Under the pieces are notes generated by a model. The model was not told the origin of the DNA, did no database searches, and worked only from the letters and a program-made list of their open reading frames with translations. The translations under genes and the position numbers were made by a program. A stretch of DNA of 64,000 bases, taken from positions 15,686,001-15,750,000 of the forward strand of contig NC_086101.1 of NCBI RefSeq assembly GCF_963921235.1, read 5' to 3'. The stretch is from Mobula hypostoma (taxonomy: Eukaryota). Every line of letters starts with the position of its first letter. The first letter of the stretch is position 1. Positions 33,958-46,829 of the stretch are shown one piece after another.

Positions 33958-36049
33958 TATTAATAGTTTGGCTACACAAGAAATTAGAAAAAAATTAATG
34001 TTCTGAAACAGAGACACCATGAAAGTGGATCTAAATCTATGAAAGTACTGGCGTGGAAAGTGAAAAAAAAAGATAGCAGAAAATACAATTCATAGAATTA
34101 GGGATCCAAGAACAAAAGTGATAAAAAAAATAAGCTAGGTTAAATTCAAGAAGCTTTTGAAATGTTTTACAAAACTCTATATTCAAAGTTCCATATGACT
34201 CGGATTTTACGCCGAATAAACTGGATGCAAGATTTAAGGACTGGACAGCTAAAGGAATAACGGCTATTTGCAATATAATGAAAGAAGGAACACTGTTCAG
34301 TTGTGAAGTGCTCAAAGAGAAACACTTATTAGAAAAACAAAACTTTTACCGGTTTTTACAGATGCGGCGGTATGTTAATAGGACGGTTAAAAATATAACC
34401 AAGGCAAGTACACGTCTGATAGAGCTATTTAGAAAAGCATATAATTCAGACAACGGTAGTAGAATAATTTCAAGCATGTATAAGGGTTTGTCAAATCATA
34501 AAACACATTCGACTTCATACATTAAACAAAATGGAGAAGGAAGGAGGGATAATAATATCTGTGGAAGACTGGACAATGATATGGAGGTATCAATGGAAGT
34601 GTACCAGTTCACAGAAATGGAGGGATTTCGGGTGGAAAAACTCGATAAGATATTTCACTACACCCTCTCAGAATTCTCATTATGATAGTAACCCCCCTGT
34701 TTGCCAGAGAAATTGTGGAAATCAAAGTGCAAACTATTATCATATTTTCTAGGAATGTCCCGTTATCAAAGACTATTGGTGTGGGATACATAATGTCCTA
34801 CAAGACATCTTTAAAATTTGAAATACTCTTAGAGAATAAGACCATATATTTTGGGTATATACCTCAAGAATGGTTGAAAAGAGATAAATATTTAATAAAT
34901 GTACTGCTGGGGGCTGGTAAAAAGACCCTTACCAGGAAATGGTTATCACAGGAGAGCCCAACTTTAAATATATAGATGGAAATTACAATGGACATTTACA
35001 AAATGGAGAAGATAACAGCATCTGTTAATCATAAGCTGGAACAATTTTATTCATACTGGAAAAAAATGGTTTAACTACATAACACCTCATAGGCCTGATT
35101 TTATACTCACAAGTCAATGAATATGTTGTAAAAAAAATCACTCCCTACTTTGTACATAGTTTTCTTCTTTCGATTGTTCTTTATTTCCTTTCTTTTCTAT
35201 GAGTGTATACGTCAGATAAGTATTATGTGGAGATTTGTGACAAATATGATTATATGATATATATGTACAGTATCTGAAATACATCTTATGGAAATATTTG
35301 ATGATGAAATTCAATAAAAAATAAATTACAAAAAAAAAGGAAGGGAAGGTCAAGGGAACACACCCCAGTCCTCATCAGAAGTGGAAAGGGTGAGCAGTTT
35401 CAAGTTCTTGGGTGCCAACGTCCCTGTGGATCTATCCTGGGCCCAGTATATTGATCGAATTACAAAGGAGGTACAACAGAGGCTGTAGTTCATTAGAAGT
35501 TTTTGGAGATTTGGTATGTCACCAAAGACCCTTGCAGATTTCTACAGATGTGTTGAGAAGAGCATTCTTACTGGTTGCATTGCTGTCTGACATCGAGGAG
35601 CCACTGCACAGGACTGGAAAAAGCTGCAGAAAGTTCTGTATGTATAAATTCTTATAGTAATTTATAGATTTTATTATTATGTATTGCTGCAGCTGTAAAA
35701 ACACATTTCATGACATCTGCCAGTGATATTAAACCTGATTCCATTCTCATTCTCATCCTAACATGCTTCATCGTTGTGTGTTATGGAAGGTTGTGAGTAT
35801 TGATGTCCAGCTCTCTTCAGCATTCTCAGAAAATTGAGATTTCAGTGAGAGACCACCAGTCTCTCTCTGAGATGCATGGAATATCTTACGCTAACAGGGA
35901 GCATTGTCCTGGGGGGTGGGGTCCAGTCTCAACAAAGGAGCTGGCTATTTGGGATACATGGGTCCATGAGCTGAGCTGCAGAGTATGTTCAAGCAGAGAT
36001 TGACAGATTCTGCCTTCCACCACTGTGATTTTGGAACCAGAGTTTTCCC

Positions 36050-36600
36050 ATACTAATGAAGAACACACCAGATGCTGGAGGAACTCAGAGGGTCGGGCAG
36101 CCACTGTGGGGGGAGAAATTTCCAGTCGTCTGGACTGAAAGACTGAAGAGATGTGGCCAGAAACAAAAAGGTAATGGGGAAGGGGTAGAGCAAGTGCAGG
36201 TGGATCCAGGTGAGGAGGAGGTGATAGGCAGAAGGGGGAAGGAAGGTGGAGGTAGCCATGGAGGCTGGGAGGTGGTAGGTAGCTGTGACAAAGTACTGCA
36301 GATGTTGGAGTTTTAGAACTCAGGTCTCAGCATTTCATTATTGTGCATTGGTTGCTTCTGGGAGAACTGGTTCGATCAGGAGGAGGGGAAAAGGGTCGGA
36401 GGGGAAGCAGTTTGCGGGAAGTTGAAGAATTGAAAGATCACACTTTCAGCTTGTAGATGACCCAGGGAGAATATACGAATATTCCTCTAGCTTGCATTTG
36501 AGCTGACCCTGACAGTGAGGAGGCTGAGGATAGATGAGTTGGTATGGAAATGCAGAGTGGAAATGAAATGGGTTACAACTGGGAATGGGGAACAGCATTC
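36050..36600 (-). mobile_element. Penelope-like fragment, degraded
   Basis: 'gatgctggaggaactcagagggtcgggcagc' terminus plus GIY-YIG-like antisense sequence (ctgggtcatctacaagctgaaagtg). Confidence 0.5.
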
Positions 36601-36799
36601 ATACAAGCTTGAGTGAACTTTTGTCAGTCACCATGGAAACAACAACTTGCCAAAATATTCTGAAGTGGATGATCTCAAACCAGGAATATGCTCTCAACTC
36701 TTTGAGGCCCCTCTGAACGTAGCTGCCCCAGTTCAAGGGCCAAGGAGGGGGATAGAATTTCCCCACATGGTGGGTAATCTGGAAGACTTCAGAAAGGGT

Positions 36800-37390
36800 A
36801 AGATGAGAGAACACGAACCAATCCTTATAGAGTGATCAGAAGTGGAGAGAGTGAGCAATGTCAAGTTCCTGGGTGTCAATGTCTCTGAGGATCTAACCTG
36901 GCCACAACATACTGATGCAGCGATAAAGAAGGCAAGACAGCAGCTACATGTCATTAGGAGTTTGAGGAGATTTGTTTTGTCACCTAAAACACTCAAGATT
37001 TTCTACAGATGTACTAAGAAAAGCATTCTGACAGGCTGTATCACCATCTGTAATGGGGGGGGGGCACACTGCTACTGAACAGGATTGAAAGAAGCTACAG
37101 AAAGTTATAAATTTAATCAGCTCCATAATATCCAAGACATCTTCAAGGAATGATGCCTCTGAAAGATGGCGTCAATCATTAAGGACCCTGCCCCCTCCCA
37201 GAACATGTCCTCTTCTCATTATTACCATCAGAAAGGAGGTACAGAAGCCTGAAAGCACACACTCAGTGGTTCAGGAACATCTGCTTCTCCTCTACCATCC
37301 AATTTCTAAATGGATATTGAACTCATGAACACTACCTCACATTTTAAAAATTATTTCTGTTTTTGCACAAATTTTAACTTAAGTATTTAA
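36800..37390 (+). mobile_element. Rex1/Babar-like 3' fragment
   Basis: ERVSNVKFLGVNVSEDLTWPQHTDAAIKKARQQL. Confidence 0.75.
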
Positions 37391-37399
37391 TATACATTG

Positions 37400-40300
37400 G
37401 GATAGACGTCTGGATAGAGGCATGTGGGAAGACAGGGAGCCTTCCAGTGTCACTCACGACTACACCTGCGTAAAGTGCATCCGTGTAAAAGAGTTGAAGC
37501 TGGAACCGCATGATTTCCAGATCAAGGCTGAGGGGATGATAGATACGACATATCGAGAGGTAGTTACACCCAACACCCAACGTGCAGGACACAAGAAACG
37601 ATTTTGGTGAGGAAGGGGGAAGAGGTTAAAGACCCAATGCAGAGTACCCTTGTGGCCATGCCCCTCAACAACACGTCTATCACATCGGATATTGTTGGGG
37701 GTGGGGGGTGACTTTGCAGAGGAATGTCACAACGACAGGGTCTCTGGTACTGGGTTTGGCTCTGACTCGGAAGGAAAGGTGGGGGTGAAGAGGTGAGCTG
37801 TGGTGATAGGGGATTTGTTAGTCAAGGGAAACAGAAAGGAGGTTCTGTGAACTAGAATGAGATTTCCATATGGCATGTTGCCTGCTGGGTGTCAGGGTCC
37901 GAGACATCTCAGGTGGAATCCTCAGCATTCTTAAGTGGGAGGGTGGACAGCCAGAGGACATGATCCATGTAGGTGCCAATGACATGGGTAGGATGAATGG
38001 TGAGGATTGTGATATCAGGATTGCTAATCAGGCCAGAAATAGAAAGATTATACAGTTTAACACTTGGCTAAAGAGTTGGAGTAGCAGGCAGAGCGTAAGA
38101 TGTTTGGATATCTTCCATGGAAGGTGAGACCTGTACAGAAGAGACAGTTTGCACCTGAACTGACAGGGGACTATTAGCCTAGTGGGAAGTTTGTTAATGC
38201 TGCATGGCGGGTTTAAACTAGAGTTGCAGGGGGATGGGAACCAGAGTACCAGAACAGATAGTGGAGTGGTTGTGGAGACAGAAATTGTTAAGACATCAGG
38301 ACAAAGTCTGGAATCAACAGTTTGAGCAGGGTGCGACCAGTGTCCTGAGCTGCGTATATTTTATTGCAAGAAGTATCGAGAAAGGTGGATAAGCCAGGGG
38401 AATGGATTAACACTTGGAATTATGATACTGTAGCCATTATTGAGTCTTGGAGGGGGAGGACTGGCTTCTCAATATATTCTGGGTTGTGTTGTTTTTATGG
38501 TGACAGAGTGGGAGGGGCTAATGGAGAGGGGTGGCATTACTAGTCAGGGACAATATCACATCAGTGTTCTATCAAGACAGACTGGAGAACTTGACTGGTG
38601 AGGAGTTATGGGAGGAACTGAGAAATAAGGAAGTTGTGACCACTTTAATAGGGCTACTGAATTATGGACCACCCACCAGATGGACATATTTATACTTTAT
38701 ACTTTATTGTCACCAAACAATTGGTACTAGAACATACAATCATCACAGTGATATTTGAATCTGCGCTTCACACTCCCTGGATTACAAATATTAAATATTA
38801 AAAATATTAAAAATAGTTAAAATTAGTAAATATTAAAAATTTAAATTATAAATCATAAATAGAAAATAGAAAAATGGAAAGTAAGGTAGTGCAAAAAAAC
38901 CAAGAGGCAGGTCAGGATATTTGGAGGGTACGGCCCAGATCCGGGTCAGAATCTGTTCAGCAGTCTTATCACAGTTGGAAAGAAGCTGTTCCCAAATCTG
39001 GCTGTACGAGTCTTCAAGCTCCTGAGCCTTCTCCCGGAGGGAAGAGGGACGAAAAGTGTTTTGGCTGGGTGGGTCGTGTCCTTGATTATCCTGGCAGCAC
39101 TGCTCTGACAGTGTGCGGTGTAAAGTCAGTCCACGGACGGAAGATTGGTTTCTGTGATGTGCTGCGCCGTGTTCACGATCTTCTACAGCTTCTTTCCATC
39201 TTGGACAGGACAACTTCCATACCAAGTTGTGATGCACCCTAGAAGAATGCTTTCTACAGTGCATCTATAAAAATTAGTGAGGGTTTTAGGGGACGGGCCA
39301 AATTTCTTTAGTTTTCTCAGGAAGTAAAGGCGCTGTCAAACTGTTGTTGTAGGAGGTGACTTTAACTTTCCACATATTGACTGGGAATCCTATACTGTAA
39401 AAAGGACCAGATTGAATAGAATTCAATATGTTCAGGATAGTTCTCTTAATGAGTATGTAGAAGTTCCAATGAGAGAGTGTGTGATATATTTGTGTAGGAG
39501 AACACTTTGCACCTACCGATCACAATGCTACAAATTTCAAAGGAAATGTGCAAAAAGATAGGTCTGGTTCACAGGTTGAGATTTCTAAATTGGAGAAAGT
39601 CCAATTTTGATGGTATCAGAAACAATATGGCAAATGTGGATGGGGACAGGTTGTTCTCTGGCAAAAGTGAACTTGGTAAATGAAAGTCCTTCAAAAGTGA
39701 AATTTTGGGAGTACAAAGCTTGTATGTGCCTGTCAAGATAAATGGTAAAGAAAACAAATTTAGGGAACCTTGGTTTTCAAGAGATTTAGAGTCCCTCATT
39801 AAGAGAAAAGGAAGGTGCAAAGCAGATATAGACAGTTAGGAAGAAATGAGGTGCTTATGGAGTATGCAAAATGCAAGAGAATACTTAAGGATGAAATCAG
39901 GAGGGATAAAAGAAGAAATGAATTTGCCCAAGCAGGCAAAGTGAAAGAGAATCCTCAGGGATTTTACTGATACGTTAAGGTCAGTGTCTCTGCAGGAATC
40001 TGGTGTGTCTTGGGAGATGGAAAATCAAAAGCAGTGAGCTGGCTGCTGGCTGTGTGCCCCAGAGACCTGAGTTCTTTGGGCACTGAGCTTGGAAAAAGCG
40101 ATGCAATGGACTTTTAACATTGTAAATCAGCAAATTGTCTGTTACGTCTCCCCTCTCGCTGTGAAACGGAGATATCTCTTTCTTCCTTATTAGAGAGATA
40201 GAGAGAGTTCGTGGTATGTCGAATACTGGGTGAATGTGTAGCCTTTGGGGTGCTGCATGCCTGTGTCTTTGCTGATGCTTTGCTGCACACTTGAGTGCTC

Positions 40301-40925
40301 GGAGGTGGGTGGCGATGCTTTTTTGCTTGTGGGGGGGGGGCGCGGGGATTGTTGCTTTGCTGCTGCTTGCACGTGGGGGGGGAGCTGAGGGGACTTTGGG
40401 GTTCTAACATTTAACTGTCATTCATTCTTTGGGGGCACTCCTCTGTTTTCGTGGATGGTTGCGAAGAAAAAGTATTTCAGGATATATATTGTATACATTT
40501 CTCTGACATTAAATGTACCTTTGAAACCTTTTAAATCAGGGTGGATAAATACCCAGGACCTGACAAGGTGTTCCCCAGATCCTCTGGGAACAACTGTAGA
40601 AATTGCCGGGGCCCTAGCAGAGATACTTAAGTCAACAGGTGAGTTGCTAGAGGACAGTGTTGTTCTGTTACTCTAGAAAGACTCTAAAAAAATAAACTAG
40701 GAAATTACAGTACAGGTACCCTGACATCAGTAGTGGAAAATTTATTGGAAAGGAATTTAAGGGAATTATATGAGTATTTGGATAGACATGGACTGATTCG
40801 ATAGTCAGTATGGCTTCATGTGTGGTAAGTGATGTCAAACAAATCTTATATAGTTTTTGAGGAAGTTACAAGGAGAGTTGATGAAGGCAAGGCAGTAGAT
40901 GTTGTCTATATGGACTTCAACAAGG
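37400..40925 (+). mobile_element. Old CR1 (ORF1 esterase-like, APE, RT pieces) interrupted by younger insertions at ~38700-39335 (Rex-like, -) and ~40030-40490 (-)
   Basis: DYTCVKCIRVKELKLE (ORF1 Zn finger-like), VIGDLLV / IHVGANDMG (GDSL/SGNH-like), GVALLVRDNI, GDFNFPHIDW, DVVYMDFNKA. Confidence 0.75.
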
Positions 40926-40929
40926 CATA

Positions 40930-42756
40930 AGAACATAAGAAATAGGAGCAGGAGTAGGCCATCTGGCCCGTTGGGCCCACTCCACCATTCATAGTCATAG
41001 TCATAGTCATACTTTATTGATCCCGGGGGAAATTGGTTAAGATTCAATAAGATCATGGCTGATGTGGCCATGGACTCCTCTCCACATACCTGCCTTTTCC
41101 CCATAACCATTAATTCCCCTACTATGCAAACAACTATCCAACCTTATCTTAAATATATTTACTGAGGTAGCCTCCAGTGCTTCATCGGGCAGAGAATTCC
41201 ACAGATTCACCACTCCCTGGGAAAAACAGTTCCTCCTCATCTCCATCCTAAATCTACTCCCCTGAATATTGAGGCTATGTCCCCCTAGTTCTAGTTTCAC
41301 CTAACAGTGGAAACAACTTTCCTGCCTCTATCTTATCTATCCCTTTCATAATTTTATGTTTCTATAAGATCTCCTCTCATCCTTCTGAATTCCAGGCGAC
41401 TCAATCTTTCCTCATAGTCTCTCATCTCTGAAATCTACCTGGTGAACTTCCTTTGCACCATCTCCAAAACCTGTATATCCTTACTCGAGTAGGGAGACCA
41501 GAACAGCTCACAGTACTCCAGGTGCGGCCTCACCAGTACCCTGTACAGTTGCAGCATAATCTCCCTGCTCTTAAGTGTTATCCCTCTGGCAATGAAAGCT
41601 AACATTCCATTTGCCTTCCTGATAGCCCTCTGTACCTGCAAACCAGCTTTTCATGATTCATGCACAAGCGCTCCTAAGCCTCTCTGCACAGCAGCATACT
41701 GCAATGTTTTACCATTTAAATAATAATCTGCTCTTTCATTTTTCCTTCCAATGTGGATGACCACGCAACTGCGAACATGTACTCCATCTGCCAGAGCCTC
41801 GCCCACTCAGTTAACCTATCTATATCTCTCTGCAGATTTTCCATATCTTCTGCACAATTTGCTTTTCCACTCAATTTAGTGTCATCAGCAAACTTAGATA
41901 CACTACACTCGGTCCCATCTTCCAGATCATTAATGTACATCATGAACAGTTGTAGCCCCTGCTGCATACCACTCACCACTGATTGCCAACCGGAGTAACA
42001 CCCATTTATCTGAACTCTCTGCTTTCTATTAATTAACCATGCTAAGTTATCACACCCAACTCTATACATCCTTATTTTATGGATAAGTATTTTATATGGC
42101 ATCTTATTGAATGCCTTCTGGGAATCCAAGTAAATAACGTTCATCTGTCCCCTCTATCCACTGTGTTTGTTACATCCTAAAATAACTCCAGTAAGTCTGT
42201 CAAACAGGACCTGCCTTTACTGAATCCACGCTGTGCCTCCCTGATGGATCTATTTATTTCCAGAAGCTTCGCTATTTCTTCTTTAATGATAGCTTCAAGC
42301 ATTTTCCCAATTACGGATGTTAAACTAATTGGCCTATAGTTACCTGCCTTTTGCCCCCACCCTTTTTTGAACTGTGGTGTGATATTAGCTGTCTTCCAAT
42401 CCGCAGGGACCTGCCTAGAGTCCAGAGAATTTTGGTAAATTATCACCAAAGCCTCTACTATAACCTCTGCCATTTCTTTCAGTACCCTGGGATGCATTCC
42501 ATCAGGACCAGGGGACTTGTCTATCTTCAGGGCCACAAGTTTGCTCAGCACTACCTTTTTAGTGATGGCGATTGTACTGTGGTCCTCATCTCCCATCACA
42601 TCGATAACATCTCTCTTTGACATGTTAGACATGTCCTCCAATGTGAAGACTGACACAAAATAGTCATTCAAAGCTTCTGCCATTTCCTCATTACCAAACA
42701 CCAATACGTCCTCCAAGGGACAAATGCTCATTTTAGCTACCTTTTTCCACTTTATA
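40930..42756 (-). mobile_element. CR1 LINE RT/3' region, reverse orientation
   Basis: ORFs 42177-42779, 41716-42144, 41435-41641 (KSPGPDGMHPRVL, NYRPISLTS, KFADDTKL, RPHLEYC); (ACATAAG)n-type tail at ~40925. Confidence 0.9.
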
Positions 42757-43370
42757 TGAGGGCTGATTGATAAGTTCATGGTCTAAGGTAGAAGGAGTCA
42801 ATTTTAGAAAACCTAGCGCATTTATTTTTCAACATAGTCCCCTCCTACATTTACACAATTAGTCCAGCGGTTGTGGAGCATACGATTTTGGACTTCCAGA
42901 AAGTGTCCACAGCAGGGGTGATTGATAAGTTTGTGGACTAAGGTGGAAGGAGATGAGTTATACACCTCTCGTTACATGCACATGCAGTTCAATTCTTTGA
43001 GTGATTATGCAGAAAGTTTGAAGTTAATAACTAATCAGTTAATAACTCATCAGGGGTGATTGATAGGTTTGTGGCCTAATGTAGAAGGAGATGAGTTATT
43101 AATTTCAAACTTTCTGCATAACCACTCGAAGAGTTGAACTGCATGTGCATGTAACGAGAGCTGTATAACTCATCTCCTTCTACCTTAGACCATAAACTTA
43201 TCATTCACCCCTGCTGTGGACACCTTCTGGAGGTCCAAGATCCATATGCTCCACGACCGCTGGACTAAGTGTGTAAATGTAGGAGGGGACTATGTTGAAA
43301 AATAAATGTGCTAGATTTTCTAACATTGACTCCATCTATCTTAGGCCACGAACTTGTCAATCACCCCTCA
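42757..43370. mobile_element. Mariner-type MITE, almost wholly palindromic (614 bp)
   Basis: TA|TGAGGGCTGATTGATAAGTTC ... GAACTTGTCAATCACCCCTCA|TA; arms are complementary over ~270 bp, with internal TIR copies. Confidence 0.85.
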
Positions 43371-44049
43371 TATAATTGTAAAAACTTTTACTATCCATTT
43401 TTATGTTTTGTGGAAGTTTATTTTCATAATCTAGCTTCCCTTTCTTTATCCTGATAAAGGGTCTCGGCCTGAAACGTCAACTGTACCTCTTCCTAGAGAT
43501 GCTGCCTGGCCTGCTGCGTTCACCAGCAACTTTGATGTGTGTTGCTTCCCTTTCTTTATTTCTCACTTAGATGTTCTTTGTGCTTTTTAAACTTTTCCCA
43601 ATCTTCCAGTTTCCCACTACTTTGTATGTACGAGCTTTTAGTTTGATGCCTTCTTTTACGTCTTAAGTTACTTAAGGCTGGATCTCCCCACCCTGGGACT
43701 ACTGGAATGCCACAGGGAATGGTGATGGGCCCATTGCTGTCTGTTATTTATATCAATGATTTAGATGATAATACAGTTAACTGGATCGGTAAATTTGCTG
43801 AATACACCAAGATTGGAGGCTTAGTGGACAAGGAGGAAAACTATCATGGTCCAGTGGGACCTGGACAAGCTGGAAAAATGGGCTGAAAATGGCAGAAGGA
43901 ATTGAATGCAGACAAGTGCAAGGTGTTGCACTTTGGTAGGACCAGCCAGGGCAGGTCTTACTCATTGAGCAGTAGGACACTGAGTAATGTGGTAGCACAA
44001 CGGGATCTGGAATGCAGGTTCATCATTCATTGAAAGTCATGTCACAGGT

Positions 44050-44616
44050 TAATTTGGGGTGTATGGGGTGTCAGGGAGGGGTAGCACCTCTGGTGGGGGA
44101 ACATGTCGCGTCCTTTTCAGGGCGGTTAGTCCACCTTTGGTCCCCACCTGGCACTCAGCTCTCACCTGTGGCTCCCCGTAGCTGTTTGCATGCGACAGCG
44201 GCCACACCCCGGGCAACTGCTTCGACAAGCCGGCTAAACCAGGTGAGGGTAGCCGACGGGTCTCAAACCCTCGGTATGATAGGGAGTTGTCTATCCCAGC
44301 ATGTGAAGACAGACTCTGGCGGATTGAGCAGACGAGACCTATGGAAGGTCCAACGGTCAAGAAGGCGGTCTCTGCAAGCGTCGTGGAACGTGTAGAGCAG
44401 GACAAGACACAGAAGACGTCCTGGTCATCCACTGCACCTAGTCCCATCTCCAGCCGTCTAGACTCCATCTTGCCACTGGATCCAGATGGGAATTGGGAAG
44501 AGAGAGTGAGGCTGACGCTGCACAACTCTCCCTCACTTAAATCCAAATCACCCGCTAGTCTCGACACCATCATGACGGTGTCAAGGTCCTCATCGACGAC
44601 AACGATGGACGAACAA
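44050..44616 (+). mobile_element. Short non-autonomous RTE-like retroelement
   Basis: 567 bp flanked by the perfect 8-bp direct repeat TCACAGGT (44042-44049, 44617-44624). RTE assignment rests on recalled similarity only. Confidence 0.55.
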
Positions 44617-44836
44617 TCACAGGTAGACAGGGTTGTAAAGAAAGCTTTTTGCTCATTGGCCTTCATAAATCAACATATTGAGTACAGGAGGTGGGATGTT
44701 ACGTTGACATTATAAAGGCCTAATTTGGAGTATTCTGTATAGGTTTGGTCACCTACCTATGGGAAAGATGTAAATAAAGTTGGAGGAGTACAGAGAAAAA
44801 TTACAAGGAGTTATAAGGAATGATTAAATAAGTTAG

Positions 44837-45236
44837 TGTCATCGTTCCATTTGGTTGTTCCCCTTTAATTCTCCTTTCTCCCTGATAATGTCCTAATTAC
44901 AGCCATTAGATTTCCAATTGCTGCTAGTTTACTTAATTACGGTACACCTGGTTTGCATCAAAAACTGTGGAATAAGTATGATGGTGTCACTAGACAGGTC
45001 GCCAGTTTGTTGGTCTATTCTTGTGTGATACTTTGTTCTCTCGTCTGCTTAGAACCGTTAGTTCTAAGTTTAGTTCCAAGTTCTGCTCTAGTTTCCAGAT
45101 AGTCCCTGTAGATCCCGTCTCCTTGTCAAGATCCCCCCGGTTTGCTGCTCTACGTTCACGTCTACGCTAACATCCCCAATTCAGTCGATGTGCCGGTGTC
45201 CTGCACTTGGGTTCTCCTCAGTCGCCCCTTGCAACA
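44837..45236. mobile_element. Solo LTR (400 bp)
   Basis: TGTCA...CAACA termini; perfect 5-bp TSD GTTAG (44832-44836, 45237-45241). Confidence 0.85.
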
Positions 45237-46049
45237 GTTAGTCCTTGGAATTTAGAAGATTAAGAGAAGATTTGATAAAGGTAGACAACAATTTAAGGGG
45301 TATAGATAAGGTAAACGGAAGCAGGGTTTCCCCACTGAGGTTGGGTGGAACTACAAATACAGGTCACAGATTGAAGATGAATTGTGAAAACTTTATGGGA
45401 ACATGAGTGAAGAAGTTTCCCCTCAGAGCGTCACGAAAACGTGGAATGAGCTGTCAGCACAAGTGGTCCATACGAGCTTGATTTCAATGTTTAAAAGAAG
45501 TTTGGATAGGTACATGGATGGTAAGGGTATGGAGGTCTATGGTCCTGGTGCAAGTGAGTGCAAGCAGGCAGCTTAAATGTTTTGGCCAGGACTAGATAGG
45601 GCGAAGGGCCTGTTTCTGCACTGTACTTTGCTAATTCTATGATTCTAACATCCGGGGAGACTATGAGAAGTTTATAAAATTATGAGAAACAGAGTAGATA
45701 GTGTAGACAGTAAGTATTCTTTTTCAAGTCGTAGAAATATCTAATACTAGAGGGCATGCACTTGAATGTGAGGGAGAGGGGTAAGTTCAAATGAGATGAA
45801 CAGGGCAAAGTTTTTTATAGAGTGGCGGGTGGCTGGAATGCACTGCCAGTGCCTCTGATGGGGGCACTTCCAAGGCTCTTAAGAACCACGTGTATTTGTA
45901 GAGAACAGAGGGATACGTACCATGTGCAGGTGGAGAGAGTGGGCATCGTTAGCTTATATATTTCAGTGCAACATGATGGGCTAAAGGGCCTGATCCTGAG
46001 CTATACTCTTCTATGTTCTATTATGAGGACAGACTAGACAAGCCAAGGA

Positions 46050-46245
46050 TGTACAGTTTCTCCATCTCCCTCTCCACTCCTCCCCTCCCCTCCCTCTGCC
46101 TCTCCTCCTCTCCCCCTCACCACCTCTCTCCCCCCTCCTCCCTCCATCCCCCTCCCCCTCCCCTCTGCTCTCCCCTCCCCTCTTCCTCTCTCCTCCTCTC
46201 CCCCTCCCCATCGCCCTCCTTCTCCCCCTCCCCTCTCTCCCCAAC

Positions 46246-46279
<34 letters not shown>

Positions 46280-46280
46280 T
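46050..46280 (+). repeat. C-rich (CCCTCT-like) low-complexity tract
   Basis: Visible composition; the - strand is G-run rich. Confidence 0.85.
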
Positions 46281-46760
46281 ACTGCAAGGATGATTTGCTT
46301 CCAATTCAGGTTGTCGGGTTCTGTGGTGGACAATGAGCCCAAAAATTGGAACCGCTGAGTGTCTTCCCGTCCCTCACCACACCCTCCAACAGCGCGGGTA
46401 ACTTGCATCAAACTCATTCTATGGTGGACGGTGAGTCCAAGATGCGAACAGTTCACTCTTTCATAGATGGTACAGGATTAGCCTGATGTGAGTAATTTGG
46501 TGCGTGTTTATGGACGGGGCATTGACAGACAGGCACATGGTCCTCCCTCTCCCCTCCCCCAAGATAATTACATAAATATTGCAGTATGTTCACACAGACA
46601 GGCTTCGCACGTATGATACGTATTGCTATTAATATAGATACGTTCACGCTGCCAAAAATAGCTGCCGCTTTGTTAAAGTGTCTGCTAAGCCACTCGCATC
46701 ACATAAAGCCTTGCAGGTGGAGCCACATAGAACCGAGATACTCACAGACGCAAGCACAAT

Positions 46761-46786
46761 CTCTCTCTCTCTCTCTCACTCACTCA

Positions 46787-46827
<41 letters not shown>
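46761..46827. repeat. Compound microsatellite (CT)n(CACT)n(CA)n
   Basis: Direct inspection. Confidence 0.95.

Positions 46828-46829
<2 letters not shown>

Larger units (their letters stand above)
31150..35339 (+). mobile_element. Tx1/L1-clade LINE: ORF1 + APE + C-terminus, RT core deleted, poly(A) tail
   Basis: ORF1 31206-32180 (coiled coil; ETERAHRSL...PRSTVLKFLRFKSK...YFDHDYP); APE (GRYIL-like ERYILVRG, LICGGDLN, IDIWR, SDHAP); C-terminal CQRNCGNQSANYYHIF...EK; aataaaaaataaattac(a)n end. Confidence 0.92.
43730..45650 (+). mobile_element. CR1 RT/3' fragment split by an RTE-type insertion and a solo LTR
   Basis: RT fragments resume in register after each insertion ('tcacaggtagacagggttgtaaagaaagc', 'gtccttggaatttagaag'). 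Confidence 0.75.

Noticed and set aside
35745-35815. Hydrophobic ILILILTCFIVVCYG as a leader or TM exon (+)
   Set aside because: Derived from the (ATTCTC)n tail of a repeat; no ATG or acceptor; wrong strand for the receptor gene.
44049-44715. 205-aa and 142-aa ORFs as host genes
   Set aside because: They span a TSD-flanked repeat insertion and CR1 sequence and have no recognisable domain.
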